DNA of 64,000 nucleotides, taken from positions 237 through 64,236 of the IMG/VR virus record IMGVR_UViG_3300024344_000004. One strand, 5' to 3'. Position numbers and translations under genes: made by a program. This DNA is from a virus. The notes under the pieces were generated by a model that ran no database searches, had not been told where the DNA came from, and was given only the letters and a program-made list of their open reading frames with translations. Positions 55,199 to 64,000 of the stretch are shown here, one piece after another (position 1 is the first letter of the stretch; every line of letters begins with the position of its first letter).

Positions 55199-56196
55199 AA
55201 GAATTTAACGGTCAAAAGAATTGCTATACTAGTGTATATGTTTTTGATGATACTAAAGACAGAGTAGAAGGTAAAACTAATTACGACTCTGCTGTATTAA
55301 ACACTATATGGTTTGATTTTGATGATGAAAAGAATGTGAAAAAATGTTTAATGGACGTAAGAAGATTTATAAGAGTGTTCTGCAAACCTCGAGAAATTAC
55401 CCCAAGGATATATCTTACAGGGGGGAAGGGCTTTCAAATGAATATAGACCTATACTCCCACGTGGACTTATCGGATGGTATCAAGAGAGACATGTTAAGA
55501 AATTACTTAACATCTATAAAGAAAGATTATAAACTTAAAACACTAGACCAAGCATGTATCAACAACAGCGTAGCTTGTCTACGAAGAATACCAAACACAA
55601 AGTATATATCTAAATTAACTCAAGAACCTACAGGAGTGTGGTGTATACAACTTACGGTAGAGGAAGTAATGAAGATGTCTATCGAAGAAATATATGGTAT
55701 GGCTGCGGAGCCACGAACTGATAAGTTTGAATCAACCAAAAGTAAAAAAGCATATAGACACTTTGTTGAGTTTATGTGTGACGAATTAGATATAGAGCAT
55801 AATGTATCATTAAGCGTTAATTATCTTTTAGATAAGATTAATAATGCAACAATAAGCTCTACTAAGCATAAAGGCTCTATAGAGAGTGATTATATAATGC
55901 CCTTAAGGGGGTGTATAATAGAGCTCATAGAGCGTAATATAGAGCGTGGACATAGCAGTCACGAAGAAAATAAAATAATAGGTATGGAGTTAATCAATGC
56001 TGGTTACTCCAACGCTGACATTCACTTTGTATTCGCTAGTATATACAACGAGCCCGGCCGAGACTGGGGTTGGTATACTGAGAATCCTAACACAGCTGGA
56101 CACATAATACACAACATGAGAGAGAAAGCTTTAAATAGGTATTCAAAGGATAAATTAATACAAATGAAAATATGCAGGGACGATTGTCCTTGCTAG
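55123..56196 (+). CDS. Archaeo-eukaryotic primase, PriS-PriL-like fusion
   Basis: WFDFD, TGGKGFQ, D-containing RRIPNT region, C-terminal Cys-containing domain. Confidence 0.85.
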   Translation: MYFREFGIPARIGRCYNIDQLEERVKEFNGQKNCYTSVYVFDDTKDRVEGKTNYDSAVLNTIWFDFDDEKNVKKCLMDVRRFIRVFCKPREITPRIYLTGGKGFQMNIDLYSHVDLSDGIKRDMLRNYLTSIKKDYKLKTLDQACINNSVACLRRIPNTKYISKLTQEPTGVWCIQLTVEEVMKMSIEEIYGMAAEPRTDKFESTKSKKAYRHFVEFMCDELDIEHNVSLSVNYLLDKINNATISSTKHKGSIESDYIMPLRGCIIELIERNIERGHSSHEENKIIGMELINAGYSNADIHFVFASIYNEPGRDWGWYTENPNTAGHIIHNMREKALNRYSKDKLIQMKICRDDCPC

Positions 56197-56208
56197 GAAA
56201 GGTCAAAT

Positions 56209-56950
56209 ATGGCAACATTGAAAAGAATAGAGAAACGTATGAACGATGTAGAAGCATGGGTAAAAGAATTTGAGAAAGGCACTGGTCCTGCTCAAGTTAT
56301 GGATAATATAAGTTGGTTATTAACACAGCTACGTATGACTGGAGAAAGGCTGCAAAGCACTGAACAGAACCTAATGCAACTACAACAAGGTATGCAAAGT
56401 AATACTGAAATAGTTCAAGGCTTTGTTGAGAAGAATGATTTAGTTCATGATTGGCAAGCACACCTTGCAGAAATACAAAAGGAGAACGAAGATGCCCTTC
56501 AAGAGCAAGAAACAGAGAGCTTGGATGCACAAGAACAAGCCGGCGATGGCGAAGAGATGGGAGAAGGAGACGCCTAAAGGCGCTAAACTTCCAACTAAAG
56601 TCAAACGTAAGGCAAAAAGAAAAACTACGGGACGCCGTAAAAAGAAAAAGTGATATCATGGTAGATAAAAAAGCTAGCAAAAAAGACGTTGACGTCAAAG
56701 AAGAAGTAAAACCTAAGACCGTCATGAAGATGATTGGTGGTAGGATGAGAGAGATAGAGGTAGAATAATGGCCAAGAAAGAAGTAAAGAAAGAAACTAAA
56801 AAGGCTGCGCCTAAAAAGAAAGAAGTAGTAGCTAATCCATGGGATGGGTTAGAAGGACCTACTAAACATCCTGACCACAGAGGAAAGGATATATATCTTA
56901 AAGATGGTGTTCACGGATATTTCGTGGATGGTGTCTTTAAAAAAGTGTGA
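56209..56950 (+). CDS. Coiled-coil protein (56209-56577) and small basic proteins (56492-56653 MPFKSKKQRAWM..., about 56657-56768, 56768-56950)
   Basis: Coupled ORFs, K/R-rich. Confidence 0.55.
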
Positions 56951-56964
56951 GTTTATTAACTTCA

Positions 56965-57031
56965 CAAAGTCGATGTAAGTGTGATTCACCAAAGAATTGC
57001 ACTTGCGCTCGGCGTGTCTTAACAGACTTTA
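56965..57031 (+). ncRNA. Compact structured element upstream of the RNR promoter
   Basis: AAAGTC/GACTTT enclosing a 13-bp stem GTAAGTGTGATTC/GAATTGCACTTGC with three G-U pairs. Confidence 0.45.
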
Positions 57032-57109
57032 AATAGTATTTTTTAAAATTAGAAAAAAGCTTATATAGTAGCTCAAACTATAAAATGAAACCGCAATTGG
57101 AGTGGTAAA

Positions 57110-58975
57110 ATGTTTAAGAACGAAGTAGCAGAATTTATATATAAAAGAACGTATTCACGTTGGTTAGAAGAAGAGAACAGGCGAGAAGATTGGCCTGAGA
57201 CGATAGAAAGATTTATTGGTTTTATAATTTCAGAAAGACCAGATATACCAGATAAGACTATTAACAAGATTAGAAAGTATATGTTAGAGTTTGCGGTAAT
57301 GCCATCGATGCGTTTCTTATGGGCAGCAGGTCCAGCAGCTAAAGCAGATAATACTTGCATATACAACTGCTCCTTTGCGAAAATTAATTCTGTTGAAGCA
57401 TTTGCAGAATGTTTATATGTATTAATGTGTGGTACTGGTTTTGGTTTCTCAGTTGAGAAAGAAGAAGTATCTAAATTACCAGAAGTACCAGAAATTAAAT
57501 CAGCACAAGGTAATGCTAAGTTTGTTATTGAAGATTCAAAAGCAGGTTGGGCAGACTCAGTTAAAGATTTAATGGGAAGTTTATACAAAGGACAAAATAT
57601 TTATTTTGATTATTCTAAAATAAGAGGTGAAGGAGCTAGACTTATGACTATGGGTGGTCGTGCATCTGGTCCTGCACCATTAGTTAAACTACACGATTTT
57701 ATTCGTGAAACTATGCACAACGCTCAAGGTAGAAAAATGACTACACTAGAAGCTCACGACATCTGTAACCAGATAGCTGAGATAGTTGTAGTAGGTGGAG
57801 TAAGACGTAGCTCCCAGATATCCTTGAGTGATTTAACTGATAAAGAAATGAGGCACGCAAAGGAATGGCCCTTTCCTATTAAGAGAGCAATGGCAAACAA
57901 CAGTGCTATCTACAGAGAAAAACCATCCGCAGCAGATTTTTTAATTGAATGGGGTGCGTTAGCTAAATCAGGAACAGGTGAGAGAGGTATATTTAATCTC
58001 TCCTCAGCTCAAGCTAAAGCCCCTGCACGTCGTTACGCTCCACTCATACAGGGTACAAATCCTTGTGGAGAAATAATGTTACGAGATATGCAATTTTGTA
58101 ACCTTTCGGAAGTAGTAGTAAGAGAAGACGATGACCTTGATACGTTGTTAGACAAGGTTGAGACAGCAACATGGCTTGGTGTTATACAAAGTTCTTTCAC
58201 AAATTTTCCATATCTCAGAAAAGAGTGGAAAAAGAATTGTGACGTAGAAGCGCTTCTAGGTGTCAGTTTGACAGGTCAGATGGATAACCCTTCGATATTA
58301 ACATCAGAGGCATTAGCGGCCCTTAAAAGCCGTGTTTTACGTATATCTCGTAAATCATCTGGTATACTAGGAACTAAAATGCCAGCAGCGACCACTTGTG
58401 TAAAGCCATCAGGAACTGTTTCACAGCTTGTAGACTCAGCGTCTGGAGTTCACCCAAGATATTCTCAGTATTATATCCGTCGTTACAGAATTGCGGCTCG
58501 TGACCCACTGTTTAATTTAATGAAAGATAGTGGTATAAAATGTAACCCAGAGAATGGACAGAATAAAAAAGACGCTAGTACATGGGTACTAGAATTCCCA
58601 GTCAAATCACCAGACGGTTGTGTTACTAGAAAGGATGTGTCTGCTTTAGACCAATTAAAACATTATAAAAACTTACAACACAATTGGTGTGAACACAATG
58701 CTAGTATGACTGTATATGTTAGAGATGATGAATGGTTCGAAGTTGGTAATTGGGTGTATCAAAATTGGGAAATTATAAACGGAGTATCTTTCTTACCTTA
58801 CTCAGGTGGTAAGTATAAATTAGCTCCATATGAAGAAATTGACCACAGAACCTACGAAAGGCTTATAAAGGCTCAACCCGTAATTGATTATAAGCAATTG
58901 TCACAATATGAGACTCAAGACAATACCCAAGGTAAGTCTGAGTTTGCTTGTGTTGGAGATAAGTGTGAAATCTAA
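57110..58975 (+). CDS. nrdJ: Class II (B12-dependent) ribonucleotide reductase
   Basis: RTYSRW, PSMR, YNCSF, TNPCGEI, FCNLSEV, TCVKPSGT, C-terminal CVGDKC; no beta subunit gene. Confidence 0.93.
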   Translation: MFKNEVAEFIYKRTYSRWLEEENRREDWPETIERFIGFIISERPDIPDKTINKIRKYMLEFAVMPSMRFLWAAGPAAKADNTCIYNCSFAKINSVEAFAECLYVLMCGTGFGFSVEKEEVSKLPEVPEIKSAQGNAKFVIEDSKAGWADSVKDLMGSLYKGQNIYFDYSKIRGEGARLMTMGGRASGPAPLVKLHDFIRETMHNAQGRKMTTLEAHDICNQIAEIVVVGGVRRSSQISLSDLTDKEMRHAKEWPFPIKRAMANNSAIYREKPSAADFLIEWGALAKSGTGERGIFNLSSAQAKAPARRYAPLIQGTNPCGEIMLRDMQFCNLSEVVVREDDDLDTLLDKVETATWLGVIQSSFTNFPYLRKEWKKNCDVEALLGVSLTGQMDNPSILTSEALAALKSRVLRISRKSSGILGTKMPAATTCVKPSGTVSQLVDSASGVHPRYSQYYIRRYRIAARDPLFNLMKDSGIKCNPENGQNKKDASTWVLEFPVKSPDGCVTRKDVSALDQLKHYKNLQHNWCEHNASMTVYVRDDEWFEVGNWVYQNWEIINGVSFLPYSGGKYKLAPYEEIDHRTYERLIKAQPVIDYKQLSQYETQDNTQGKSEFACVGDKCEI

Positions 58976-58977
58976 AC

Positions 58978-59232
58978 ATGGAATTCGAAACAGATATTAC
59001 TGGATACGGCCGCAAGATGGGTCGAGACGCAGGACTTACTTCTGAAGGTAGAATAGATTCCGTCGTTAAAGTAGGTGGTGGAGAATTTGAAGGTATGCAA
59101 CCAGCAGGAACCATATCTGCCAGAACTATGAACCCCGGTGGTTCTGAAGTATCTGGTGGTGGAGCAAACGCTGGAGACTACGCACCTACCAAAGCTAGAA
59201 ACGATGGAATTATTGGTAATCCAAGAGACTAA
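58978..59232 (+). CDS. Gly-rich hypothetical protein
   Basis: 84 aa, converges on the tail genes. Confidence 0.5.
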   Translation: MEFETDITGYGRKMGRDAGLTSEGRIDSVVKVGGGEFEGMQPAGTISARTMNPGGSEVSGGGANAGDYAPTKARNDGIIGNPRD

Positions 59233-60281
59233 TTATCTTGTTGTGCTATAAACTCTGCTAACGTTGGTGGTTTTCTATTTATATTTAATCCTATAGCAAA
59301 ACCCCCGGGTGTAAATGCAATCTTTTTACCCCTTACCCTATAGTTACCAGAGAACTCAGGGTCATCTGTTTTAATAGTTATAACATCATTTTCTTCTAAG
59401 TATACTCCTTCGAAAGAATCTATACCATATTCATATTGAGTTTCTAAATTAGCTCTAAATACTTTTTGTGCAAAATCTTTACAAGCAGCAGGGGATTGTA
59501 ATTTATCATTATTTACTTCTAGATATGTTTTATCAAATGCATCTACGGCTGTTTGATGGGAATACTGACCCTTTACTCCATTAGCTCCATTAACTATTAT
59601 AATAGTCGGTACCTTTTTATTAATTATCTTTAGGCTTGTTATATTATCATACTCAGTAAACACCATAGTAGGAGCAGTAGTTTTTAAATCACTTTCTAAT
59701 TCTATTACGAACTGAGACTTACCCCCATCATCTATTAACTTAGCAATATTAGGCCTTGGTAAATCACCACTATCATCAACAGCTCTACCTAACAAATCTT
59801 TTATTATATCTTCTAAGCTCATCGTACCTCTCAAGGGGGGTCTAGAAGAGCTAATCAAAGGCGTAGTATCGCCTATACAATCAGTTCCTATTTTATCACT
59901 CAGTTCAGCTATACTGATTGCTTTACGAATAGCGTTACCTACAGTTAAACCATCTATATTATTTCTATCATCTAGTGGTACCATTGCTTTAGATACATCA
60001 CCAGCTAATTTTAAATAGCCCAAAGCATCTTGTGCAAAAACTTCTATATAATCAAATGTCTCTTTTAACCTTCTTATGTAACCTCTAAACAAAGGTGAGC
60101 CTTCAAAATCATTAAAGTACATAAGAACCTCTTGATTCCATAGAGCCATATTACCGGCTTCTGTTAATGGTAATTTAAACTGTAAACTTGCAGCAGTTAG
60201 TCCACCGGTAGAAGTTAGAGCACCATCTAAAAAATCTACATCTCTTCCATTAATAGATATTCTAGGTGTAAGCTTTCTCAT
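59229..60281 (-). CDS. Baseplate hub/Tal-like tail tip protein
   Basis: 350 aa; LFRGYI, DALGYL, DVITI...GNYRVRG hub-type pattern. Confidence 0.65.
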   Translation of the reverse strand: MRKLTPRISINGRDVDFLDGALTSTGGLTAASLQFKLPLTEAGNMALWNQEVLMYFNDFEGSPLFRGYIRRLKETFDYIEVFAQDALGYLKLAGDVSKAMVPLDDRNNIDGLTVGNAIRKAISIAELSDKIGTDCIGDTTPLISSSRPPLRGTMSLEDIIKDLLGRAVDDSGDLPRPNIAKLIDDGGKSQFVIELESDLKTTAPTMVFTEYDNITSLKIINKKVPTIIIVNGANGVKGQYSHQTAVDAFDKTYLEVNNDKLQSPAACKDFAQKVFRANLETQYEYGIDSFEGVYLEENDVITIKTDDPEFSGNYRVRGKKIAFTPGGFAIGLNINRKPPTLAEFIAQQDN

Positions 60282-63200
60282 GCTGTAAGCCTCCTAGAGG
60301 ATAAATGTCTGTCATTAAGTTACCAGAGGAATCTATCAAAGCTATATTTTCTACTCCTAAAGTAAATGTAAAGTCTACTACTCTACGAGGTCCTTGAGGT
60401 CTAGCGACTTCACTTACGTTTTGAACTACACCAAACAACCGTACAAATGTACCATCCTTCTGTGGTTCATCCCAATAAACTCTACAATCCTCTGCTTGTA
60501 TTTTACGTAGAGTGTGTAAATGTCCATATAATGTGTCTGGACCGTGGTCATCAAAAGCAGTAGATGAATTCTCATCACCTAAAGCTACACTACTAAACCC
60601 AACTTCTTCCATAGCAATACCAGTTTTAGTTATAAATACCTTTCCTTTGCGGGTTATTGCTTTAAAGTATTGCCCTGTTCTTCCTATACTAATACTACTT
60701 GTAATAGCCAAAGAGTTAAGATTGTAAGCAGAGTTATCTACGACATCAATAATATTATGATATCCCTTACTTGCATCATATATGTTCCACAATTCAGGAT
60801 ATAGATTAATAGGTGTACCACCAGAAGTATTATCTGCGGTTCCTGAAATAGAAATTTTCACAGCATATTTTTCCTGTCCTTGCCATAATCCTTTAAGAGC
60901 ATCTGCTGCATCTGCACCTCCTATATTAAAATCATTATCCCAACCTGTAACTGGGTAATAATTATCTACTGAAGGTAATTTATTATTAGTACCTCCACTT
61001 GGTAAATAAATTTTACTAAACCCATCTATGGCATCATAACCATTAATACGCTGTATAGTAAACTTTAAATCACCACCTAACCTTTCTGCTCCCCCTCTCA
61101 TGAAGCTACCAGTATCTCCTATGTGGAAATACAAAGCATCATCAGCTTCTTTATAACCATCTTCACCATCTTTACTAATCCAGAAAGCGTTACCACTGGC
61201 TGAACTATACATAGTATACATCAATACAGCACTTGTAGTATCTATGGCAGCATTAGCTGCATTAAATAAATACAATCGTTCATCTGTAGAGAAAGGTCCT
61301 CCTGTTGTCATTGGTCCCCATACAGTTTCTCCATTCGTACCAGACACAGAATCTATTCTCATTACCTTGGAAGCTGAACCATAGGTAGCATTATTTGTTA
61401 ATTGATTTGTAGCTACTGGGTTAGAACTAAATGTGGCATCATAGGTTAACATAGTGTATTGACTACCTGAAAAGGGTAATGCTATATATTTAAATGAACC
61501 TATATCTTCATCATTAGTACCTGATAAAGGAGTTGTTATCTTACCAGCAGTTGCACCCGTTATAGTAAAGTAGTCTCCATATAAACTACCGGCAGTTGCA
61601 TTAGAACCTACTGTTCCCGACACACTACCCGTAATAACACCAAAACCATAATCTCCAGCAGTTTCTGGTATAGTAGTTGTGTTTATTCTACCTCCATATA
61701 GATTTTCTAATTTTATAGACTCCCACCCAGCAGGTGGATTAAAGGACACAACACCACTTTTAGATAGACTATACTCATAACTATCATAAGTATCGTTGGT
61801 TGTGTTCCTGCGTTCCCGTACAACAGAGGTACCATCCTCAAACTCTACAGGTTCCCAATGTACACTTTGCACATTAGTTCCTGAATTTTCTATCATCAAC
61901 ACTGAAACATCATTTATACCATATGGGGGTGCAGTCGTTGTAGCAGACTGAATACCCTTAGCATAGTTAGTCATGTTAAAAAACAATTTGTCAGGTTTTT
62001 CATCAAATAATAATAATAAATACTCATTAAGGTTAGTGGCTCTAGTGTTCCCACCCATGTCCTTTTGAGTTCCAACATTAACATCTTCTAAACTAATAGC
62101 ACTTCCACTACTGTTACTCATGTTTTTAGTAGAGTAGTCAGTAGAGTGTGTGGTATTACTTCCACTGCTTAATATTTTAGTAGGAAAATCTCTAGCGTTA
62201 GCTTCACTAGCTGTTCCTCCAGCTGCGTTTTGATTCCAAGATTTAGCTGGTGTTATTCTAAAAACACATGGAACATCTAAATCACTTCTATAACTATTAG
62301 CAGAGCTTGGTTCTGTTTGTAATCTAACGATGTGTGATTGAGGTACTAGACGTCCGAAGTCATCCATCAAGAATTGGTCCATAACTATACTACCTGATGT
62401 ATATGTATTAGATAAAGCATTAGTTGTAGTCCAAGGAGAATCGTAAGTAGTGCCTGTTTTAAATGGCATTGCTTTATGAGATAAAGATTTACCATAAGGA
62501 TTTACTAAATATGTATAAGATACAGAACGTTGCTTGTTTGTTTGATATGCTCTGTCTTTTCCTATACCTTTGAGTTGCCAATACTCACGTTGTTGAGTTG
62601 CGTTAAAAAAGAAACCTACATTGACATTACTTCCATCTGCATGAGTACTAGCTGTTGAACTAGCGAATCCTCTAGTACAATTTAAAAAAGATGTAGCAGT
62701 TATATTTGTATAATGAACCATCTCCGAGCCTACATGCATAGTACCACTTGCTGGAAATTGTGCAGTAGAAACCACAGGTATACTTGTGGCAGCAGCAGAT
62801 AATGTACCACCATTATTTACAGTAGTAGGGTTTGCCCCTCCATCACCAGCATTCCACGGAAAAGCAGGTGAAAAATACATTTTACCATTGTCATAGTAAT
62901 ATTTACTCATACTGACATTCGATGCAGCTGCACGACTCTGAGAGAAATCCATAATCAATTGTCTTTCTATATCATCAGCTTTTTTAATTGGGTCTCCCGG
63001 TGTAATATAACATATGGGATAACCAGTAGCACTGAGTTGACCGGGTACACCAGCCACAAAGAAACCTACTTTAAGTCTATTGTAAACTTCATTAGCAGTG
63101 TAGTCAGTAGCACCAGAAGCTCCTACGTATTTAGGATTTTTATATTTGACTTCTAACACTTTTCTAACAGTAGCTCCTGATAATAAAGCAGTTCTATTAT

Positions 63201-63873
63201 TAGCACCATCTTGAAGTACATTTACTAAAAAATTCAAAGATGGAGTTGTAACATAAGTACCAGACAACACCACTTCTACCTTTTCTATACTACTACCACC
63301 ACCCCCACTAGCATCGATAGAATCAACACTATCACTAGCCCCAGATAATAATACATTATCAACTAAAAGGGTAAGGTCTATTTTAATAGGTAAAGCATAT
63401 TCTATTTCGGTGTTGGTAAGTGTAGGAAATATTGAAACATATAGTTCTTGAGAACCATACACGTCAAACAGAGAATTGTCTATACCTGATTTTAATGTTT
63501 TGTTCTGAGTTCTCATTACAGAGGTAGATGTAAAATCTGTAACAGGAAGAGAAGCTATATTAGTATCTTGGCTAAAAGGTCTTACATCTGACTCAGTAGC
63601 GTTTGCACTATAATAACGAGAAGCTATTCCTTCTGAATTAATTGTTTGTATAATAGGTTTGAAGGTACCCGTTGCATTGTATGTGTGAGTAGCCGTAGCA
63701 CCACTTACTGGTTCTGTAAATTGTAACCATTGATAATTAGATTCTTCTTTTTTATTAGATGAACCATCATCCCAGTCAATGTAAACTGCTCTTACATTAT
63801 TATCTTGGAAACTTAAAGTCCCTGTAACTTCAGTGTTAGCTGTTCCTGTTGTTGTATTCCACGTTAAACTCAT
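60262..63873 (-). CDS. Large tail-tip protein (N-terminal PKD-like domain, C-terminal Dit-like domain)
   Basis: IDWDDGS...THTYNATGTF PKD motif; Thr/Ser/Gly-rich; C-terminal LFGVVQNVSE...FTFTLGVE. Confidence 0.65.
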   Translation of the reverse strand: MSLTWNTTTGTANTEVTGTLSFQDNNVRAVYIDWDDGSSNKKEESNYQWLQFTEPVSGATATHTYNATGTFKPIIQTINSEGIASRYYSANATESDVRPFSQDTNIASLPVTDFTSTSVMRTQNKTLKSGIDNSLFDVYGSQELYVSIFPTLTNTEIEYALPIKIDLTLLVDNVLLSGASDSVDSIDASGGGGSSIEKVEVVLSGTYVTTPSLNFLVNVLQDGANNRTALLSGATVRKVLEVKYKNPKYVGASGATDYTANEVYNRLKVGFFVAGVPGQLSATGYPICYITPGDPIKKADDIERQLIMDFSQSRAAASNVSMSKYYYDNGKMYFSPAFPWNAGDGGANPTTVNNGGTLSAAATSIPVVSTAQFPASGTMHVGSEMVHYTNITATSFLNCTRGFASSTASTHADGSNVNVGFFFNATQQREYWQLKGIGKDRAYQTNKQRSVSYTYLVNPYGKSLSHKAMPFKTGTTYDSPWTTTNALSNTYTSGSIVMDQFLMDDFGRLVPQSHIVRLQTEPSSANSYRSDLDVPCVFRITPAKSWNQNAAGGTASEANARDFPTKILSSGSNTTHSTDYSTKNMSNSSGSAISLEDVNVGTQKDMGGNTRATNLNEYLLLLFDEKPDKLFFNMTNYAKGIQSATTTAPPYGINDVSVLMIENSGTNVQSVHWEPVEFEDGTSVVRERRNTTNDTYDSYEYSLSKSGVVSFNPPAGWESIKLENLYGGRINTTTIPETAGDYGFGVITGSVSGTVGSNATAGSLYGDYFTITGATAGKITTPLSGTNDEDIGSFKYIALPFSGSQYTMLTYDATFSSNPVATNQLTNNATYGSASKVMRIDSVSGTNGETVWGPMTTGGPFSTDERLYLFNAANAAIDTTSAVLMYTMYSSASGNAFWISKDGEDGYKEADDALYFHIGDTGSFMRGGAERLGGDLKFTIQRINGYDAIDGFSKIYLPSGGTNNKLPSVDNYYPVTGWDNDFNIGGADAADALKGLWQGQEKYAVKISISGTADNTSGGTPINLYPELWNIYDASKGYHNIIDVVDNSAYNLNSLAITSSISIGRTGQYFKAITRKGKVFITKTGIAMEEVGFSSVALGDENSSTAFDDHGPDTLYGHLHTLRKIQAEDCRVYWDEPQKDGTFVRLFGVVQNVSEVARPQGPRRVVDFTFTLGVENIALIDSSGNLMTDIYPLGGLQHEKAYT

Positions 63874-64000
63874 TCTTCATCCTCTTCTATACTGTCTTCA
63901 TAATACACATAATCATCTTCTGACCTTTTATAAACATGAGGGCATACACCCGTTCTAATTATATAGTTTGCATATTTATTATCAGCTTTGCACCTTGGGC
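63870..64000 (-). CDS. Partial small ORF (3-prime end only)
   Basis: ...PRCKADNKYANYIIRTGVCPHVYKRSEDDYVYYEDSIEEDEE*; ATGA overlap with 63873. Confidence 0.5.
   Translation of the reverse strand, partial: PRCKADNKYANYIIRTGVCPHVYKRSEDDYVYYEDSIEEDEE

Noticed and set aside
56960-57050. Cobalamin riboswitch before nrdJ
   Set aside because: Lacks B12-box motifs, is too short, and lies upstream of the nrdJ TATA box
21806-58975. Inteins or introns in TerL, polB, helicase or RNR
   Set aside because: Lengths are normal or compact, with no intein or homing-endonuclease motifs inside
1-64000. tRNA genes, integrase/att sites, prophage boundaries
   Set aside because: No cloverleaf with a proper T-arm in intergenic DNA, no recombinase and no host housekeeping flank

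Overview
The window holds most or all of a lytic, tailed dsDNA virus of archaea with an HK97-fold head and a long non-contractile tail. The gene set (polB, fused AEP primase, class II RNR, aIF-1A), the BRE/TATA promoters with leaderless starts, the GGAGGTGA Shine-Dalgarno sites and a GCxD..NY..DDGSC repeat protein fit a magrovirus-like virus of marine Poseidoniales (MGII). That host call is inference. There are two divergent halves. Minus strand (59.2-64 kb, apparently continuing at 1-31.8 kb): tail, head, packaging, small basic proteins and a glycan/modification cluster. Plus strand (32.1-59.2 kb): early cassettes, an AAA/vWA module, accessory genes and replication. No integrase, tRNA or CRISPR array was seen. 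The most unusual part is 32-42 kb. It has an array of repeated hairpin + TTTTCCAC-N4-GTGAAAA palindrome + BRE/TATA cassettes driving leaderless micro-ORFs, interleaved with four 220-420 nt non-coding segments. These fold by eye into multi-stem RNAs with long-range closing helices and pseudoknots and match no RNA family I can name. Other highlights: a compact phytoene/squalene synthase, a viral aIF-1A, a -1 frameshift site in the tail chaperone, a 23-aa metallothionein-like ORF, many Zn-finger microproteins, iteron-like GCTCTA/TAGAGC clusters (one inside the primase gene) and apparent GATC avoidance. All protein calls come from motif recognition by eye; no searches were run.
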